Of a stretch of 64,000 nucleotides of DNA, positions 60,029 to 64,000 are shown piece after piece; the first letter of the stretch is position 1, and each line of letters opens with the position of its first letter. The DNA is from Candidatus Obscuribacteraceae bacterium (GTDB taxonomy: Bacteria; Cyanobacteriota; Vampirovibrionia; Obscuribacterales; Obscuribacteraceae), in assembly GCA_044226015.1 (NCBI GenBank), contig JBGAHS010000001.1, positions 704,001 through 768,000 on the forward strand. Direction: 5' to 3'. The position numbers and the translations under genes are program-made. The notes beneath the pieces were generated by a model that had not been told where the DNA came from, ran no database searches, and saw nothing but the letters and a program-made list of their open reading frames with translations.

Positions 60029-60658
60029 ATGCGAGGTTTCGAAATGGGCAACGGGGTAGTAAAGAGTTTCGTTCTGGTCGCTGCTTTGAGCATGATTGGC
60101 TCCTCGGCGTTCGCTGAAGATGCAGCAATGGCTAAGGGTATGGAGCTGGTAGCCAAGAAATCTTGGGCTGAAGCAATTACTTCATTTGATGAGTCGATTA
60201 AGGCTGATGCAAAAAATTCAGAAGCTTATCTTGAAAGAGCTCTCTGCAATTTCCACCTGGGCAATTACTCGAAGGTGGTCGAAGACTGTAAACAAGTTAC
60301 AGAGCACGATTCGGCGCATGCAGTTTCAAAAAGACAGGCTTACATGATGATGTCTGGCGCATTGAATGCTCAGAACAAGTTCGAGGAAGCTATCGCCAGC
60401 TGCAACAAGGCTCTGGAACTGTCACCAAAAAATTCACTCGTTTATGACGATCGCGGTTTTGCTTATTTGCGATTGAACAAGCTTGAAGAGGCCCTCAAAG
60501 ATAGCAATGACGCGATTAAATATGACCCCAAGCATGCCGGAAGTTATGAGCTTCGCGCTGCGGTCTACAAGGCTCTATCGCTTAGAGATTCGGCTAAGTA
60601 CAAAGAGCTGATGGACGGAAAAAATCCCAACGAAAAGCCCTGGGAAAAGAAAAAGTAA
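60029..60658 (+). CDS. Exported TPR-repeat protein
   Basis: Signal peptide; TPR motifs; start may be 60044. Confidence 0.88.
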   Translation: MRGFEMGNGVVKSFVLVAALSMIGSSAFAEDAAMAKGMELVAKKSWAEAITSFDESIKADAKNSEAYLERALCNFHLGNYSKVVEDCKQVTEHDSAHAVSKRQAYMMMSGALNAQNKFEEAIASCNKALELSPKNSLVYDDRGFAYLRLNKLEEALKDSNDAIKYDPKHAGSYELRAAVYKALSLRDSAKYKELMDGKNPNEKPWEKKK

Positions 60659-60671
60659 GCACTCGTAATTT

Positions 60672-61853
60672 GTGAGCGCTTTAAGAACTGCAATGCTAGT
60701 ACGCCAGTTCTCTCCGCATGGAGGGCTGGAGTTGTACGCCCACAAAGTGGTCGAAGGGCTTCTAGAGCAAGGCTTGCAGGTTACTGTTGTTTGTCAGGAA
60801 AACAACAGCCAGTTTGAGCATCAAAATCTCAAATTTAAGTTGATGCCAGCAGAGAAAAAAGGAAGCAAATTTCAAAGGCTGACGCGGCTGTGCGGACTAA
60901 CAAACCAAGCCATCAAAGAACTGCGCACGAGTACAGATGTGCAGTTGGTGCATTCTCAACATTGCCCAAATGATGACTCAGATGTGGTTACCTTCCACAA
61001 TCACAGCACACAGCGGCTGAACGAAGTCGGCTTATGGTGGGAGGGGGCGCTCAACGATACGAAAAGGCGCTTTGTCAACGCGTATAAGATGCGAGATGAA
61101 CATGATGAGGCGCTTTTGCGTCGAGCCAACTGCTTGATTTTTCCTGCTGAAGTAATGAAGGCTGATTTTTATTCCGCGTTTCCTTTTCTTGCTGGTCCAC
61201 CGCCTAAACCGTATGTGGTGGCACCGCCTGGGGCGGCGATGCAGGAAGAGGCGCCGACGCTATCGGCTCTAAACTCTGCTGAATCGTCCGGTTTTCCTGC
61301 CAATGAACCGTTCTCATTCCTCTTTGTAGGCAGAGGATTTCGCAAGAAAGGATTAGACGTTTTGTTTAGCGCATGCAAATTGCTGAAAACAAAAACATCA
61401 CGTCCGTTCACTCTTTCCATTGCCGGGTTAGCTCAGAAAACTGCGGATACCTTTCGACTGAACCTTCTTGGACTCAACGGAATAGTCAACTATCTCGGCT
61501 TTCAAAAAGATATGAATTCCGTTTACGCCAGGTCTGCTGTCATTATTCTTCCCTCTCGCGTCGAGCCATTTGGAATGGCGCCTGTGCAGGCGATGCAGCA
61601 TGGGCTCGTTCCGATAGTGAGCAGGGTCTGTGGTGTTGCAGAAGTTCTGCACAATGATTTGGATGCACTCATTTTGCAAAATCACCTTGACGCAAATGAG
61701 TTAGCTGATTTGATGTTGAAGATTATGAGCGACCCTGCACTTTTGAAAAGGCTATCAGCGCAAGCCTTACAGACAGCTCGAAATCTAAGCTGGGCGCACA
61801 CTGTTGAGCAAACAATTAAGGCGTATGAGATTGCGCTGAGCTTAAAGAAATAG
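60672..61853 (+). CDS. Glycosyltransferase family 4
   Basis: GGLE, FLFVGRGFRKKG, LPSRVEPFGM. Confidence 0.92.
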   Translation: MSALRTAMLVRQFSPHGGLELYAHKVVEGLLEQGLQVTVVCQENNSQFEHQNLKFKLMPAEKKGSKFQRLTRLCGLTNQAIKELRTSTDVQLVHSQHCPNDDSDVVTFHNHSTQRLNEVGLWWEGALNDTKRRFVNAYKMRDEHDEALLRRANCLIFPAEVMKADFYSAFPFLAGPPPKPYVVAPPGAAMQEEAPTLSALNSAESSGFPANEPFSFLFVGRGFRKKGLDVLFSACKLLKTKTSRPFTLSIAGLAQKTADTFRLNLLGLNGIVNYLGFQKDMNSVYARSAVIILPSRVEPFGMAPVQAMQHGLVPIVSRVCGVAEVLHNDLDALILQNHLDANELADLMLKIMSDPALLKRLSAQALQTARNLSWAHTVEQTIKAYEIALSLKK

Positions 61854-61919
61854 AGTTAAAAGTCCTTGCCGGCAAAATTCGATGTACTTTAGTCAGGTGA
61901 ATAAATAGAGGAACGTTTT

Positions 61920-64000
61920 GTGTCAGAAAGCGATAAAAAGGGGCATTCTCCAGCGACGGCGAGAAAAGCAAACAAACTTGAACATGAAACGAGCACCTAT
62001 CTTTTGCAGCATGCATACAATCCGGTGCAGTGGTATCCGTGGGGACCTGAAGCGTTAGAACGATCTCGAGCGGAAGACAAACCAATCCTTCTATCTATTG
62101 GTTATTCTGCTTGTCACTGGTGTCATGTGATGGAGCACGAATCATTTGAAGACGAAAGCACTGCCGAAATCATGAACACCCACTTCGTCAACATCAAGGT
62201 TGATCGCGAAGAACGTCCTGATCTTGACGAAATTTACATGAAGTCGGTTCAGCTTTTGACTGGTCATGGCGGCTGGCCGATGACTGTGTTTCTGACACCA
62301 GATTTGAAACCATTTTACGCGGGCACCTATTTCCCTCCGCAAGATAAGCATGGAATGCCTTCCTTCAAGAGAATTATGCATGGTGTAATAAACGCCTGGG
62401 CATCTCAACGCTCTGACATTGAGGAGAGTTCTGCCGACATAACCCGGCACATAGATTTGCTTGATAAAACAGCAGCAAGTGACAAAGACTTGAATGATGA
62501 GCTTTTGCTGGCTGCTGTTCAACCTCTGCTCAGGGTTTTCGATAAGACCTGGGGCGGCTTCGGTTCAGCACCGAAGTTTCCGCACACAGCAAGTCTCAGT
62601 TTCGCCATGAGGCAAATGAAGCGGGGGCGGCGAGAACATGTTGCTCAGCATCACGAACTTAGCGAAATGATTGAGACCACTTTGAACCGCATGGCTTGGG
62701 GCGGAATACATGATCAGCTCGGCGGCGGCTTTGCGCGTTATTCGGTAGACCGAAAGTGGTTGATTCCTCACTTTGAAAAAATGCTCTACGACAACGCGCT
62801 TATTCCTAGAAATTTTCTTGATGGCTATCTGATTACGAATAATCATTATTGGTTGGATGTTGCAAGAGACACTCTAGACTTCGTTTTGCGCGAGCTGCTG
62901 ATGCCCGAAGGTGGCTTCTACTGCAGCCTTGATGCAGATAGCGAGGGTGAGGAAGGCAAATATTATGTTTGGAAGCCAGAGGAAATTCATGCCATTCTAG
63001 GTAAAGAAGAAGGCGAGTTTTTCTGCAAGGTTTTTGATGTTAGTGAGCGTGGAAATTTTGAACATGGTAGCAGTGCGCTGAACTTTCCCGAGGGGACGAA
63101 AGCCGCTATGGCTAAGGTCGGAATGGAAGATACTGAATTCTGGACTGTGCTTAATTCAATGAAGTACAAGGTTCTTGAAGCCAGAGAGAAAAGGGTACGA
63201 CCTGGTCGAGACGATAAGATGCTCACCAGCTGGAGCAGCTTGATGATTTCTTGCCTTGTAGAAGGCTACCGCGTAATTGGAGACAAGAAATATTTGGCAG
63301 CAGCTGTTAAAGCTGCCACATTTATTCTCGACAAGCTCTATCAGAATGGGCGGTTGTTGCGCACTTATGGGCGTGGTGTTGCCAAATTGAATGCATATTT
63401 GGAAGATTATGCCTACTTGATTCAAGCATTATTAGATCTGGCTTCATGCGAAGGCAGCGCCCGTTGGTTGTCTACTGCTATCAATTTGAACAATGTCGTT
63501 ATAGAGCATTTCTGGGATAAGGAAAATGTTGGGTTCTTTTTCACAAGCGATGACCATGAAGAACTGATCACTCGTACAAAGCACTTCTTTGATGGATCCA
63601 CACCTTCGGCGACTTCAGTGTCGGCGATGAATCTTTTGCGACTCTCTAGAATTACTGGTGACGAAGAGCTTTTGAATAAGTCTGTGGCTACAATGAAAGC
63701 CTATGCGGCGTACTTTCATAAGGCTCCCGATCAGTTCTCTAACCTGCTTTGCGCAGTCGACTCTTACGTAGCTAAGCCAGTCGAAATAGCAGTCGTTTTT
63801 GATGATGCCACCGCTTCTGGTGCCCATGAATTGCTGCTGGAGCTGCGCAGTTGGTACCTGCCAAACGCTGTGGTCCTGCTTGCAAATAAGTCAGCCGACA
63901 GCTATTCTGCGCTTACCGCGTTGACACCTTTGCTGGCAGACCGAGGGCTGCATGAAGGTAGAGCTAGCGTCTATATATGTGAAAATTTCGCATGCAAGCA
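61920..64000 (+). CDS. Thioredoxin-domain/six-hairpin protein, YyaL/DUF255 family (3'-partial, not in ORF track)
   Basis: Manual translation from GTG 61920: [65 protein letters not shown]. Confidence 0.92.
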   Translation, partial: MSESDKKGHSPATARKANKLEHETSTYLLQHAYNPVQWYPWGPEALERSRAEDKPILLSIGYSACHWCHVMEHESFEDESTAEIMNTHFVNIKVDREERPDLDEIYMKSVQLLTGHGGWPMTVFLTPDLKPFYAGTYFPPQDKHGMPSFKRIMHGVINAWASQRSDIEESSADITRHIDLLDKTAASDKDLNDELLLAAVQPLLRVFDKTWGGFGSAPKFPHTASLSFAMRQMKRGRREHVAQHHELSEMIETTLNRMAWGGIHDQLGGGFARYSVDRKWLIPHFEKMLYDNALIPRNFLDGYLITNNHYWLDVARDTLDFVLRELLMPEGGFYCSLDADSEGEEGKYYVWKPEEIHAILGKEEGEFFCKVFDVSERGNFEHGSSALNFPEGTKAAMAKVGMEDTEFWTVLNSMKYKVLEAREKRVRPGRDDKMLTSWSSLMISCLVEGYRVIGDKKYLAAAVKAATFILDKLYQNGRLLRTYGRGVAKLNAYLEDYAYLIQALLDLASCEGSARWLSTAINLNNVVIEHFWDKENVGFFFTSDDHEELITRTKHFFDGSTPSATSVSAMNLLRLSRITGDEELLNKSVATMKAYAAYFHKAPDQFSNLLCAVDSYVAKPVEIAVVFDDATASGAHELLLELRSWYLPNAVVLLANKSADSYSALTALTPLLADRGLHEGRASVYICENFACK

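Overview
Chromosomal window from a bacterium. Gene style (cyanobacterial-type RpoB and DnaB, many TPR, TonB_C-like and MshEN-like proteins) suggests a non-photosynthetic cyanobacterial relative such as Vampirovibrionia/Obscuribacterales; this is an inference. Most genes are ordinary: MATE transporter, Ser/Thr kinase, folC, NUDIX, acs, OPT transporter, dnaB, cyclophilin, grpE-dnaK-dnaJ, DUF1611 plus an epimerase, Fur, glycosyltransferases, CHAD, trxB, an HO-like diiron protein and a YyaL-like protein. Two regions stand out. (1) 340-7654 holds a strongly diverged, orphan RNA polymerase beta subunit with no rpoC or rplL next to it. It keeps most catalytic-centre residues, but fork loop 2, the rifamycin pocket, the flap tip and the H1237 region are remodelled, and it has a ~220-aa acidic tail. 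It sits in an apparent operon with a TPR protein, a 12-aa-repeat protein carrying a pilin-like hairpin, a secreted protein and a Replic_Relax-like wHTH protein. (2) 46.1-55.1 kb is a decayed and shuffled Rhs toxin array. It has three core copies, an unusual DSxGL...SPIA junction motif, a papain/transglutaminase-like toxin tip, a HipA remnant and an in-frame TAG. Two intergenic minisatellites are also present, one of them a ~22-copy GANTC/CGCG array. No rRNA, tRNA, CRISPR array or intact transposase/integrase was recognised. All family calls are by eye from motifs; no searches were run.
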